Source: Amphiscolops sp. MND2022 (lineage: Eukaryota). From it: 60,000 bases of DNA. The DNA lies in the NCBI GenBank assembly GCA_964187785.1, contig OZ076409.1, forward strand, positions 39,248,001 to 39,308,000. The letters are read 5' to 3'. The position numbers were made by a program, and so were the translations under genes. A model generated the notes under the pieces. The model was not told the DNA's origin. It ran no database searches and saw only the letters and a list, made by a program, of their open reading frames with translations. Positions 36,377 to 49,479 of the stretch are shown piece by piece. Each line of letters opens with the position of its first letter. The first letter of the stretch is position 1.

Positions 36377-39300
36377 ATGGATTTCTTTCAAGGAAGCTTA
36401 CCGCCAAATTTCATCCCTTTCTGTTTAGATAACCAGAATCTTGATGAACAACAAGTTCAAACCAGCAACGCAACTGACAATTCTGCTGGGGCTTTTCAAC
36501 GCCCAGTCCCCATTTCCATGTCCGGATATGTTCCTGGGATCAATCCTTCACCGCCTCCTTTTCCTCCGATAAGGACGTTCCTCTCTCAAATGCAACAGTT
36601 GGCCGCTGATTCCCTTTTTAGCAATGAAAGTAACGTTGACGTCACAGCGTATGCAGATGAGATGGTACAACGGATGGAGACTTCGCAGGGGTTAATTGGT
36701 ACAGAACCTGCCAATCTTGAAGAAGAAGAGCCGTCTCTGGCACAAAGCCCAGTTGTCCAAGACGTGGGTCGCGAACCCGTTCAAGTGAGGGCCAGTACTC
36801 CTACCCCACTCGAACAGTCAGGAACAGAAGTCGTTAGCACTTCACAACTTGTGTCTTCGCTGTCAATCGTGCCACAATCACAGTCTGGCTTCCCTGAGCT
36901 GCGCGTTCTTCAGGACCAGACACAAGAGATGTCTGAGGCTTCCTTTTTGCAGTCTGAGGGGAATGTCTCTTCTTCAGTCGCAGAACCTCCTCCACTTCCT
37001 GGGGGAAGAGACCAAACCGAGGACATTGGCGAGTCTAGTGATGTCAATCCAGCTTCAGAAAACGCCAGTCAAGTAGAATATCCCGCACTATACGTCGTTA
37101 ACCCATTCGACTTGGCACAGCAATCAGAGACTGGAGGGGAATCGAGCTCGGAAACTCACGATCCAGGCCAACCGAGCACGTCCAGGGCTGGCCAACCAGG
37201 TCAAAGTGATGTTTTGCGAGATTTGTCAGGGCGAAGTCGAGCCACCTTGAAACAGTACTTTGAGACTGAGGACCCTTACACCTTCCCGGTCGGACAAAGA
37301 GTGGTTGCGTTCACTGAGCCACAAGTTTACCACCTGCTCCGAGTTTTAACTGATGAGGCCATTAGCATGACCTGCTCAACTATGGAGAGGATGGTGATTG
37401 GAGCTGTCAAAGGTACGCCCGCAACTACTCCTTCAAGGACAGACAAATTCCGGACCCGGGCCCGCTCATTCACACCTGACCCCAATACATCTGTCATATC
37501 TGATTCTGAAGGGACTTCGGCCGAATATGGACTAGGATCTGAGTCACGAGCTGACACGAGTCTGTCCCAAGACGTCAGCGGTTTCCTTGATCCCAATGAG
37601 AGCGACAGTGCTACCGAAATGGCTCTCATCAATCAGGCTCTCGGAATTGCAGATTCCAGGGGATCTCCACAAACTCCTCAGCCAACACAGCCGCAAGATT
37701 CTTCTGAGGAGGGAACTGGGACAGGGGAAAAAGATAGCCTCGATATTGCCCTCTCTGAAATCCGGAATGGGACATCCACCCAAAGGTCCCGGAAAGGCAC
37801 CGCAGCTGCTAAATCAGCTAAAGCGAAAAAGACTTCTCGGCGAGGTGTGCCCATGAGAGAAGAGTTCCTCTCTAAAATCAAGTGGACGAGATCTTTCATC
37901 TCTGGACCTTCTGATCCCTTGCACAATCCATATATGGTATGGTGCCATATGTGTAAGAAGAACTTCAGTGTGAAAACAAAAGGCGCCGTTGAGATCCTAC
38001 GCCATCACAGGACTGAAAAACATCTACGTCGGGACCAGAGATGGAGGTACGAGCACCTCAAAACAGTAGATCACGTATCTGGAAAAGTACAACATCGTGT
38101 CAGGGGGAGGAATGGCAAGATCCTCAGCAAGAAAGAACTCGCTGATGAGTTGCCCAAATTTATACACACAGAGCTCGTCGACGCTGGGGAAAGAAATCCG
38201 TTTTATGAGGATTACCTTCAAGGCCACACTACTGCTCCCATCTCTCCACAGTCTCGATTGCGCACGCAGATATGTCTCTTGGGCGACTTTGTTCAGAGTT
38301 CAGGAGATCTGGGACTGCTTCGAAAATTGTGGGCAAGAGTTGGAAGTTATACTGAGTTTCGAACAGCCTTCCAGGACTTCAATTGGAATGAAGACCACAT
38401 CATGGTAAGATTTCTCAGATGTTTTCCAAAAGGTTGAGCTAGGGGGTAGAGAAGGACCGGGAAAGTGACGACATGTTGTCCATCTAATTTTGTTCCGTTT
38501 CAGGCCATCTTCCAACACGTCTTCAACTGTCTAATGGGGGACATAGCTGACCAGGTCTCCGCCTCCCAGCATTTCGGCGTTGAATTTGAGAAGAGAGGGG
38601 CCAACCGCCACATGTCTCTGCGATTCTGGAAAGGGACGAAACTCTGCCGGGTGTTCATCTGCAGAAGTAGTCTTGCTGGCGCTGGACTGACCGAGGAACT
38701 GGGCTCCCTAGCACGGCTGCTGTCCGTTGTGTCGACTGCTCCTGACGTAGTTGCCATCTCAGGTTGCGCTGTGGACCTGATCAGGACTGTGGACCAACAC
38801 CCATCTTACCCGCGAGGAGTGCAGAGCTGCTTTCGCTTTGAGTTGCTTGATCTGCGCACACTGATGCATAAGAAGAGTTACAGTGTGTTTGGCAACATCG
38901 ACATGTTTTCAGTCCTCCAAAGCCTCTTAGTCTCACTTGGAGGAAGTTTGTCTGAAGACTGGGTCACAGAGTCCCCTGATCTTGTCCGGGTGAGTCTAGT
39001 TTGTATATTTGATTTACATTACACTGGTGGGGAGGTGGTAAGCAGTCTCAGTTGAGATTTCAACCCTGAGGATTACTTTGTTTAGGCAATCACCACCTGC
39101 AAATTGGAAGTAGAGAAGATTCCTGAGCTTTGCCGGATTTTGTCAAAGAAGTGGAAAACAATCCTCCGCTACCTCACAATCCACTCACCACGTCAAGAGA
39201 ACCAGGGCGTGCACAACAAGGTTATGGACTTCAAATGGCATTTCCTTTACATAAAGAAAATGTTGTAGTTGCTCATCTTGCATTGTCGTTGGTGGGTAAG

Positions 39301-40649
39301 TCCAAAGGTGTTCACTCTGCTTCTTTCCTAGGTCCAGAGCTTCGAATGGTCCCTCATTGTGGACGACTTCTTTGCAGTCAAATTGGAGTTTTTCCAACGA
39401 TTGGTCAACGATTGTGAGTATTCTTAATCCACCAAGGTCCCTTTGGTCCGTTGTCCTTATAAGGATCGTTGATTTGTGAATTTCAGATGTCATCAGCTTC
39501 GCCACCCATTTGAGTCAGAGACGTGATGCCTCCTTCTTCCTTTGCGGCGAGGTCTGCAAATACATCAACCGCCTCTGCTCTCGTATCTTTCAGCCTGATA
39601 CCGTGCCACTGGAGAATGCCTGGTTCTTATTGATGGATTTCCAGATGAACCAGGGCAAGTTCATGGAAGACGAGGACTTTCTGGTGCGTCTCAAGATCTC
39701 TGGCAAAGTCACTTCGGCGAGTAACCTGAAAGCAGCTGGCCTCCACTTTAACAAGAAGTCGAGTAAGGCAGCCATCAGTAAGACCGCTGATCAGGCCAAG
39801 TCAGATTTTGTGGCGAGCGCCAGAAGTTACGTCAAGTTCCTGTTGTCACAAGTCCTCCAGCATACCGAACTCAGTTCTGATCTCATCAAAGGGTTGGCAG
39901 CGTTCGACCCATACATCCTCTTCAAAAGACCAGTGGAAGTTGCCCTACGACATTTTGATTGCTTGTACTCCACGTTCCAGTTGCGTTTCTGGGTCTCCGA
40001 GTTCAATGAGTCAGCCTGCCGAGACGAGTACGTAGCCCTATTGGACTACCTCAGGAACAACCATTCCGCTGAATTTAGTGCTGCCAATGATTCCCCTGAT
40101 CTCATTGATTTCTTCATGAGTTTGGAATTCCTTCAGTCTCGAGATCATCTTTGTTATTTGTTCAAGCTAAGCTGCCTTTGTATAACAACTGTCAGTCCTG
40201 AGTATCCTCCCGTTTCCTTTGGAAGAATCAATGCAGCCATGCTTCAGTCTCGTTTGGTAGACGTGATTTTACCCTGCCAGAGTTATTTATCTTCTGATCC
40301 TGATTCCTTGTTGGCCTGCTGCACTGAATCCCAGCTTGAGAGGTTCCAGCAGTTGTCTTCTACTTTCGGGCAATCCGCTTTCGCTGCCGATTATGACCCT
40401 TGGCCTTTTGTAGACGGTTTTGGTCGAACTGCTATCTACAAGTCCCTTGTCGCTTCCCACCGTTCTGTGCTCTCTGGGTCAGAATTCCAGTTCCGTAGTC
40501 CCACTCTTGCTGATACTTCTTCCGTCAAAGATGCTCCTGCCTACAGACTGCCTAGTGACAGTAAGAGAAGACGAATGGAGAGGGCCGTTTCTCGTTCTAC
40601 GGCTTCATCTGTTGGCGACGAATCCTCAGCTAGTAGCCCTAAAGACTAA
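36377..40649 (+). CDS. Antisense spliced cargo gene of element 2, hAT-transposase-like, about 1297 aa; predicted exons 36377-38404, 38504-38989, 39086-39220, 39332-39413, 39487-40649
   Basis: Four 73-111-bp GT-AG introns give one uninterrupted 3894-nt ORF; zinc finger VWCHMCKKNFSVKTKGAVEILRHHRTEKH; RNase-H-like strands; RILSKKWKTILRYL helix; C-terminal HLCYLFKLSCLC helix. Confidence 0.82.
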
Positions 40650-40880
40650 ATGTACATATGTATATATGTACTCTCAAACTGTAAACTTTGTTGATTTCTT
40701 TGTTAGATAATTTCTGCATTTCTGTTTCCTTTGCCCCGTATTTATTCTTCTGAAGGGGTTTTGTTGGCTGTCCCTATTATTTATTCAAAAGATTCGCTTT
40801 GGGACTAAAAGATAAAAGATAGAAAGAGAAAAAGGGCAAAACAATTCAGGGCTAGTTTCCTGAATCGAATTTAATTTTCT

Positions 40881-43800
40881 CTAGTATCTATAGTCTTCTG
40901 AGTAGTTCGGGTTGGGGTTAGGCCTGAGGTTATATTTTCCTCCTCTAGGGCTCAGGCTTTCATTTCTAGTATCGTTTTCAGATATTTCGGGCACGATAAT
41001 ATCATCCCCCCTGCTAGGAGAATTTTGTAGGTCAGTATCATTTGTTGAATTGTTCTCTGAAATGATCTTGTCTTTTTTGAGGTCATTTCCTGTATTCGGC
41101 GAATGTGTTTCGTTAGCGTTCGGTATTCCGGCCTCGTTCGGCCAATCAGATTCCTCATTCGATGCTTCTTCGGTGACGTCATTACTTGTCGTTACGTCGT
41201 GACGTAAGCGGCCATTCTGGCTGTGCACCGCGTTGTCATTATTCGTTGCTTCTCGCGTGATTATATAATCCGCGTTATTGTCGTTTGCGTCATTGTTAAT
41301 TTCTGCCGTACTCGGCTGTTCGCCATTCGGGAAATTAGTCGGAATAGGCTCGTTGCCTCGCGTAACCAGCTGCTCACCAAAGTCGGTTTCCCACGTTATG
41401 ACGTATAAGTCATCTTGTGGAATGACAATTTCTTCGTCTGGCTGTAGCCGTTGTTCTCGGAAATTGTCCTCAAGCGGTTGATTGGGAACAAACTTTTTCA
41501 GGCGAATTCGATGCAAAATCTGAGTTTTATTTGTATTAATCCGTCGTACGATGTAATTTTCATTTGGTAAGACTTTCTGGACTACAAATGGTCCAACCCA
41601 ACGATAATCGCGGAATGGGATTTTCGATCCTTGATGATCCGCTTTCGGCTGTAAGACAAAACAGAATTCATTCTCCTTCAATGGAGCAGCTTTTGCTTTG
41701 CGGTCATAATATTCCTTGTCTTTGATATATGACTGCATAATATTTTGCTTCGTTTTGTCTATTAGGGTTTTCGTCCTGTTCTGGATTTCTTCAGCAAATT
41801 CGGTTGTAGGGCTGATCTTTTCGTTTGGATTATTTCCAAGCTTGTGATCTAGAATATTGTAGGGAATTCGGCCATGGAATACCCTCGTTGGTTCACAACC
41901 GATGCTGGCATGGTAACTGGTATTATGATTAAGCACTGCTAATGGCAAATATTTGTGCCATTGTCGGCGGTATTCTCCACATGCCATTTTGAGATTTGTC
42001 TTTAAGGAGGCATGGGTCCGCTCCAATTTCCCAATTGTTTGCGGGTGTTTCGTTGTCGCACATTTGAGTGTAATTCCCAAAACTTGCGTGACTTCCGTAA
42101 TAATTGTAGAAGTAAATGCAGTACCTTTATCAGTGATAAGCGTTGTTGGTAAGTACGCATGTTTTGTCATGATATCAATGAGCGCTTTTGCTACATTGAT
42201 CGCTGATGCATCCGTAAGTGGATAGGCAAACAAATATCTAGAAAATACATCAATTGCCGTTAGGACGTTTTCATATCCTCCACTTGGGGGAAGATTCGGC
42301 AATAGGTCAATTTGCATGGCGTCTTCAGGTCCAAGGTCCCATTCGGGCAAATTTAGTAGTTCAGGCGTGATCGTTGCATTAGGGACTCTTTTGTCTCTGG
42401 CGCATTGTTCACACCCTTCTACCCATTTTTTGACGTGTTTAGCCATGTTAGGGTAGTAATACCGTTGTCTAATGTCCTGCAACATTTTTGAAATCCCGGG
42501 ATGTTTATGCGCTGTCCCGTGAAGGGATTGAAGCAATTCCCGGAGTAAGTGTTGCGGGAGTAAAATTTGATGGTATTTCACATTCCCTGTTTCGTCAAAA
42601 TATTGCCTCGTCAGGATTTCGTCCTTGAGTACAATTCGTTCCAGATTGTTTGCGTAGTGTCTATATCGGGCATCCTGTTGCAGTATGTTTTCCGAATAGT
42701 CTTCATGAAGGAGTTTCGCCCTCAATTGTTGTAATACTGCGTCCTTGGACTGTTCAATAATAATTTGGTTAGTTTTCTTCAGTCGGACTTGTATGTCTAG
42801 TTGTTGTTTCACTAGGTTCGTTGACAGAGTTTCTATTGTAATAGTGGGCTCATCAGTCATTGGGTTTTTCCTGATTGCTTCTTTTCTTGCCCAATAATGT
42901 TCCTCTGTCTCGTCGTCATCATTCGTATAGAATATCTGCTCTTCCTGTGATACCCCCGCAGATTGGACATTTATCTCAATGGGTAATGTTTGCACATCTT
43001 CCCGGATTTTCATGACCAATTTGTCCTTCGGGTCTGCCTCCAATCGGGACAGATAATCTGCGGCTGTATTTTGTGCCCCCGGAATATGCGCTATGACGAA
43101 ATTAAACTGAATCACATAATCACACGCATTCCAGAGTGCTGGGGGTATAATTTTCGTCTGGAAAAATCTTGTTACAGCCTTATTGTCAGTAAGGATTATG
43201 ACCGGTTTGGGCGTACCCCAAAATATATGCCCAAATTCTTTGAATGCAAAGTAAATTGCTAGGAACTCCTTGGCGTATATTGACATCTTGATTTGAGCTG
43301 GGGTGAAGGTTTTTGAGCCATATGCCACCGGTGCATAGGATTTTCGAAGAGAAGTAAATTTCTGGTTTGGGTCATCTTCTATGAGTACTGCATACCCAGC
43401 TGCACCAAAACTTGCATCAGTCATTAGTGCAATCTGCTTGTTTGGAATGGGTTGTTGTAAGGCCAAGTCGCAGCATTTGTCGAGTGCTTTATTGATTTCT
43501 TCAAATTGTTGGACTAATTCTTTCGATACTAGGATCTTTTCGTCACTTTTCAGCATCTTGTAGAATGGGGCAAGGCGTTCTGAGAGTCTTGGGACATAGT
43601 TTCTATAGTAATTCAAGAATCCCAAATAACGTTGTAAAGCCTTTTTCGACTTCGGGAATTTGGTCTTTTCCAGAAAGTTTTGAACGTTTTGCTTTTGGGG
43701 TTTAACGCCTTGTGGAGTAATTGTTCGTCCAAGAAAATCAATTTCTTTGGCACCAAAATGACATTTGTGCATGGTTAACTTAAGGCCTGCTTCCTGTATG

Positions 43801-46080
43801 CATTTGAATGTTGCTCTCAGGTTCGTCATGAGGTGGTCGACATCATTGGCTGCGATGCCGATATCGTCCACGTACTGGGCACATTGATCCGCTTTAATGA
43901 CCTTGTCGAGGTATTCCCTCATGAAACTCGAGAATGCGGATAGTGACCGACTAAGGCCTTGTGCCAAACGTCTGTACGCAAATGTACGACTGGCAAAATT
44001 GAAAGCCAACATTTCGATTGAACGTTGGTCGGCCATTGGTAGGCAGTGATATGCCTGAGAACAATCCAATTTGCAAAAGAGTTTCTTGCCTGCCATGTGT
44101 TGGGCAGCATCAACCAGGGTGCTAACAGGATGGTTATTGTTAATGTAATCATCAGAGATTAGGTTGTTGATTTTTCTCAAGTCAACCAAAAGTCGTAGCT
44201 TCCCGTTTGGCTTCTTTTGGGCAAATATTGGGCTTGCATACTTTGAGAACGGTAGTGTAGTTATGATGCCATATTTGTGTAACATGGCCAATTCGACTAG
44301 AATATCCTCCTTCAGGTTAATAGGCGCTGGAAGACTTTGACTATAGGCTGGGGAATCGTCCTTGGGCGTCAATTTGACTTTGAATTCCTCATTCATGCCT
44401 ATATCAAACCGGTGTCGAGCAAATATATCGTGGAATTCTACTAATAGTTCCTCTATTTTCTCCTGCTCTTCAGTATTGAGGGTAGAATCTCTCCAATCAA
44501 AATTTTCTAGGAATTTGGCGCGCGATTCTTCGTCTTTCGTGGGGTCGAGTGTCTCCAGTTCCTGTAAGGCCTGTAATTCTCGGAGGATTCGTTTCTGGAT
44601 GGGTGTATGTTCCTCAGGATTTCCAGGATTCTCTGGGGTCGGGAACCAATAGTTTTCAGAATTTTGCGGGTTTTTGTTGGTCTTGATGAGACTGCTGACA
44701 TAGTGGGCTGCTTGCTCTTGGTCATTTTGTAAAAGGTGCCAGGTTGATGCCGGGTCTACCGGTTTGACGTATTTCATTTGTTCTGGGGTCATGACTGAGA
44801 AACTAGCAATATGGAGTCCCTTTTTAAGTTTATAAGGGTGATCTGTGAAGTTATTCACTGGTATCATTATATTGCCGTCATGCAAGGTGACCAAGGCTGG
44901 ACAGAATGTGATATCACCTTCTTCATGGAGAAGGTCGCTTGGTTGTAAGATCCCCGTGACAGCATTCTCAGGGTACAATAGGGAATTGGTCCTAATTAGG
45001 ACTCTGTCATTTGGCGGAATGGTGATCTCATTAGGGTTGAGAATCGGCTCTAATACATTTGAGTATTTGTGATCAGCTGTTTTGAGCTGCATCGAAAAGA
45101 ACGGGAAGTTCAGTATCCCTTGTCTCATGTCCAAGACTGTATGATTTCTCTGAAGGAACATTAGTCCAATGATCGGACCCGTCAGATGTTCCATGACTAT
45201 AAATATTTCATGAAATTCAATGTCGCCAACTTCAAATTTAAGTTCTATAGTACTTTTGGGCGTTTCCAGCTGCCCATTAGCGACCATGATCTGGAAATTC
45301 GGTGGCGGACCTTCTCGGATAACAGATTGTGGAGATAAGAGACGAATTTTCCGGTGGTCCATTTCTGGAATTGCACTGGACTGAGCTCCAGTGTCAATGA
45401 GTCCATCTATGGTCAACTCCCCAAAGTCCATGGGGAAGTACAACATGCGCTTCTTGCATTTGAGGTTGATGTTGGTCGACAAGGGTATACAGTCTGGTTC
45501 ACCGTCTCTGGTGATTAGGACGTTCTGGAACTGCTTCTCGTCTAATAGTGATTGTGGTGTAGATTCAGAGTTGTCCTCATGGGCCTCGGTCCCCAATGGG
45601 TTCGGGAACACTGGGTGATTCGTGCCATCATTCATCTGCCAGTTTTCAACTAGTGCTCTGGTCTTTTTATTGTGGGTATTTGGAGGGTTCTCGTGGACTG
45701 TTCTGTTGTAGTGCTCGATGTCGTCTAAGACATATTGGAATTGTAGTAGTTCCTGGTTGTAGATCTCTGAGTCCCAATAGGGATCTCTGCCATAATCTGG
45801 ATCTATGTAGGTAGGATTGTAATTGTCAACCAGGGGAATGGGCCTGAATCGGGTAGTGAAGGTAGTAGTGTAATCAGGATCCCAAACAGGAATTGGTTTT
45901 TGGAACAAATGGGTATTGTTATATGTAATGGTTACTGCTTTGTCCATCTGTTGCTGCCAGACAACAGAGGGGTAGCCCATCAATTGTTGGTTATATTGGT
46001 GGAAAGTTTTTATTGGAGGATCCGACCTGATGTATTGGATACGGATATGAGTTCGTTGTATTGGAGTCGTGGCGAAGTTA
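40881..46080 (-). CDS. pol: Pol polyprotein of element 2 (uninterrupted)
   Basis: LIDTGA, YVDD, TDAS...ADYLSR, HHCC and DDE integrase, VGPF motif. Confidence 0.96.
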
Positions 46081-47769
46081 GTTTTTTGACTCATCATTGG
46101 AAGATGAGGCCTGCGAATTGGAAGATGTTGTTCTATTTTGTGGTTTCTGCGCCTTTGAGTTGGGTTTACTATCATTGGCGTCATCTGGTCTGGTGCGTTT
46201 AGGTTTAAGATGCACACCGGCGCCTTGCCAACATCTTTCCTCGGGGTGGTTCTTTTTACCACAAGTACCACACTCCGGATACGTCTTTTTCTGAGTCTGT
46301 TTGCCTTGTTGGGCATCTTTTTCTTTTTTCTTCTTCAACTTTTCGCAGTCTTTGACCATATGGCCCTTCTCCTTGCAATAGTTGCAAGTGATATCTGACA
46401 TTTGCCTAGTAGTTAGAGGAGTCTTGGATTTTGTCGAGGAGGTCATTGTGGCCATTGGTAGGTCGTCTGATTCCTCTAGTGCATTGAGTTCTAATTCTCT
46501 CTCTAAATGAGCAACTATTTCGTCATAAGAGCCATTTTCTAGTCTGGCCATGTTGACATACCGTTTCAGTTTTGGTGGCAGCTTTGCGTAGAGCAAGCTG
46601 TCAATCATTTTCTGCGCGTGATCTCCAAATGCTTTTTCTGCCCCTTGATTTAATTCTTCAAGGAAATCTGGTAGTTTCATCGTATTGGGATCAAAGACCA
46701 GGCGATGCCATTTATGTTTGGCAGTCGCTTGTGATTCGGGCTTGACGTATTTTCGTCTGAATATTACCAATACATCTTCTAAAGTCTGTCTATTGCTCGA
46801 AATGATGTTCCGGAAAGTTTGGAGAGCGTTCTTCCTCAGCAGTGAGTGGAAGTGATTTATTTTCATCTGTTCCGTCATTTCCGGTTGCATCTTGATCATC
46901 GTGTGGAACAGGTCCTCAAACAGCTCGAATTTTTCGCTCTTGCCATCAAAAGTCATTGTGTTCGAGTTGACTGGGCGTATAGTGAGTTGTTGGGCTGTCG
47001 GCCTATTCTGCATCGTTGTCAAGACATCTGCTAGTCGAGTAATAGGGTCAGTTTGAGCAGCCGGAGCATTTCTCTCTTGCGCTGGGGTCGTCGTGTCAAG
47101 GTTGATGTCCTCATAGGACTTGTCGAGATGGTTTCTGGATGAGACTCGTCCCGTGAGGAACTCAGGAACTTGAGGTGGAGATTCGTTGTCTCCTGTCACC
47201 ATGTCGTGAGCATTGCGAAATGCGTGGTCACATTGCTCATTAATCAAAGTCGTTCTAGTCCTTGTATTTTGCTGAACTTCGGAATGATTTTCCGGTCTCT
47301 CAACTGGGACCTCCCATCCCCTTCTAGTCTCACGGCCCGATCCGGCCATTAAGGCGTTTTGAATCTGAGGCAATACTTGACTATTTATAGCTTCATTAAT
47401 GGCCCTTTGGATCTATGAGCTAACATTATTGAACATGTCATCCATCTCTCTTGAGATCCTAGAGTTTAGTTCACTTGACAACCTGTTTATCTCAGCTTGA
47501 GAATCTAGGCTTGCTGAGTTATGGCCATAACCGGCACTTGTCCCAATTCCAAGATTTTCATTTTCTGAATGAAGATTTGTTTCCTCATCTTCCAAATTAT
47601 TACTTACAATACTATTTTGTCTTCTAATGGAGGTCCCGTTAAGGCTGTTATCCCTCCCTGATCCGTTGAAATGATTCTCGCCTAGCATAATATCTAGATT
47701 TTCAATGTCTGAGAGAATTTCTAATCCTCTAGATCTTCTTGCCTTCTTTTGTTTTCTAGTGGTAGGCAT
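46078..47769 (-). CDS. gag: Gag of element 2, starting in the 5' LTR; nonsense codon at 47413-47415
   Basis: CNYCKEKGHMVKDC and CGTCGKKNHPEERC knuckles; the 3' LTR copy has CAG where the 5' LTR has TAG. Confidence 0.92.
47190..47201 (-). other. Primer-binding site of element 2 (TGGTGACAGGAG)
   Basis: Adjacent to the 5' LTR; same 12-mer as element 1. Confidence 0.85.
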
Positions 47770-48906
47770 CAAGATCGAACCGAGTTGAAATATTGAATTC
47801 GTAAACTCAGAAAATTAACAGTGTAACCGTTTTGATGTTTACTAACATGAATCAAAATGAAATTGTGTCTTCCCCAAGCGGGGTAATAGTATATATACCG
47901 CACGGGGAATGACAAGCACATTCTTTACATGATTAGCAAATCACTTGATTCCATACCTCACAGGGAAATCCCCGACTAATACATTTTTTAGGGGACAACT
48001 TAGGAACGGAATTTACAGACCGTTTATCTAAATACCAACATCAAACAACATGTCGGCTAGCATCGTGACAATTATGGTGTAAACAAACTTCACTGCTTAC
48101 ATATTTTACAACTATGCAAGGTGCAGGCACGTGCCGACACACGTTCATTTCATAGCATCTTCATAAATGGAATGCATTACGGAATTCTAATAATGCAGCT
48201 GTATTCTCAAAGCGCTATTTTCAATGTACGCCCGAACAGGGACTAAGTCCATAACATGTACAGCACGAATAAGGGGGCATGGAAAAGAGGTTAAATTATC
48301 CCCTTTTGTTAGGCAAGCAACAAGATTATTTAAACTACAAATGCGTATTAAATAGCTCCGGATAAATATTGGCTCATTTAAACAACAAAGGAAATATTAT
48401 ATCAGAATAGGCCGAAACCGGCCACTTGACTAAAGGGCCATTATTAGAATAGTACCGTTCAGGCAATAGGCCTTATCCGGCCATTATAAACAAAGCATTT
48501 ATAATTAGCAACAGGGGAGTGCTGTGATTGGTCAGCGGCCGTACCGAAAGTCACATCGCCGAGAAGGGACGTTTTCTCACTTGAACACGTTTCCTTCTCG
48601 CGATTAACTTGCTTTTGCACTTTACCGCTTTTCACTACAAATTAACACATCGTTATACTGCACAGTATCTACATTCTAGTACAACATCCCAATTTGGATT
48701 TTCCAAATTGTAATTTAACAGACTAATATAATGCACCAATATATAAAATACATCCGATTAACTAGAAAGTTGACAAAAATAATGATCCAATAACTATAAG
48801 TTTTAGTCAAAAGAGTTTTAAAATGTTGGAAGTGTACCTGGAGCGATATCTTGGCCCACTGCTGTAGTCGTTATAGGAGTTCCGTCACAGGCGGCAGCCT
48901 GCGACA
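47202..48906 (-). repeat. 5' LTR of element 2
   Basis: Direct repeat of 32952-34656. Confidence 0.97.
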
Positions 48907-49479
48907 CCAATAGTTAGTAAGAAGCTATGATTGTAATTCATTCGAATTTGGTGACAATTTTCACGGTGAATTTCATATTAGTTTTGAAAAACACGGCATT
49001 TCAAACCTGTGGACAAAAGGAAATTTGTTTGAATTCAAGTAACAGTAATCACAATTTCCAGTTATAATTTTCCAGATAATCAACATCAGCAGTATAAAGA
49101 GGAAAAATTTCAGTAGAGATAATTTGGATTAAAAAGATTCCAGAAGCGGATCTTTTCAATGGGAGAGCGAGCAATTGCCAGAATTTAGACCTTTCGAAAT
49201 TCATCGTTCATCGCAGTTCCGTGTAGCCCATAAATGGCCATCGATCCGTATTTGAGATCGAAATTCTCAGCGATGACTATGAGTCGATGAGGCACCGAGA
49301 GAGCATCGAAGGCCCATCGATGGTTTCTAAAAATTTGATAACAAAATTAGAACAAAATTAACTGAAACAATAGGATATCCACTGATCGGCCTAAAACCTT
49401 ACTTGTTTCTCTGGTGATTCGTTCAAACGACCATGAAACTATGATTTTTCGTCTCTATTTGCTGCGCGAATACGACACA

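Larger units (their letters stand above)
32952..48906 (-). mobile_element. Full-length Ty3/Gypsy LTR retrotransposon, element 2 (16.0 kb)
   Basis: Two 1705-bp LTRs TGTCG...CGACA; TSD CCAAT (32947-32951 and 48907-48911); PBS, gag, pol. Confidence 0.97.

Noticed and set aside
36377..40649. Cargo gene as a nested autonomous hAT insertion
   Set aside because: No TIRs or 8-bp TSD seen, catalytic motifs are eroded, and a homolog with shared introns sits at the same position in a diverged element
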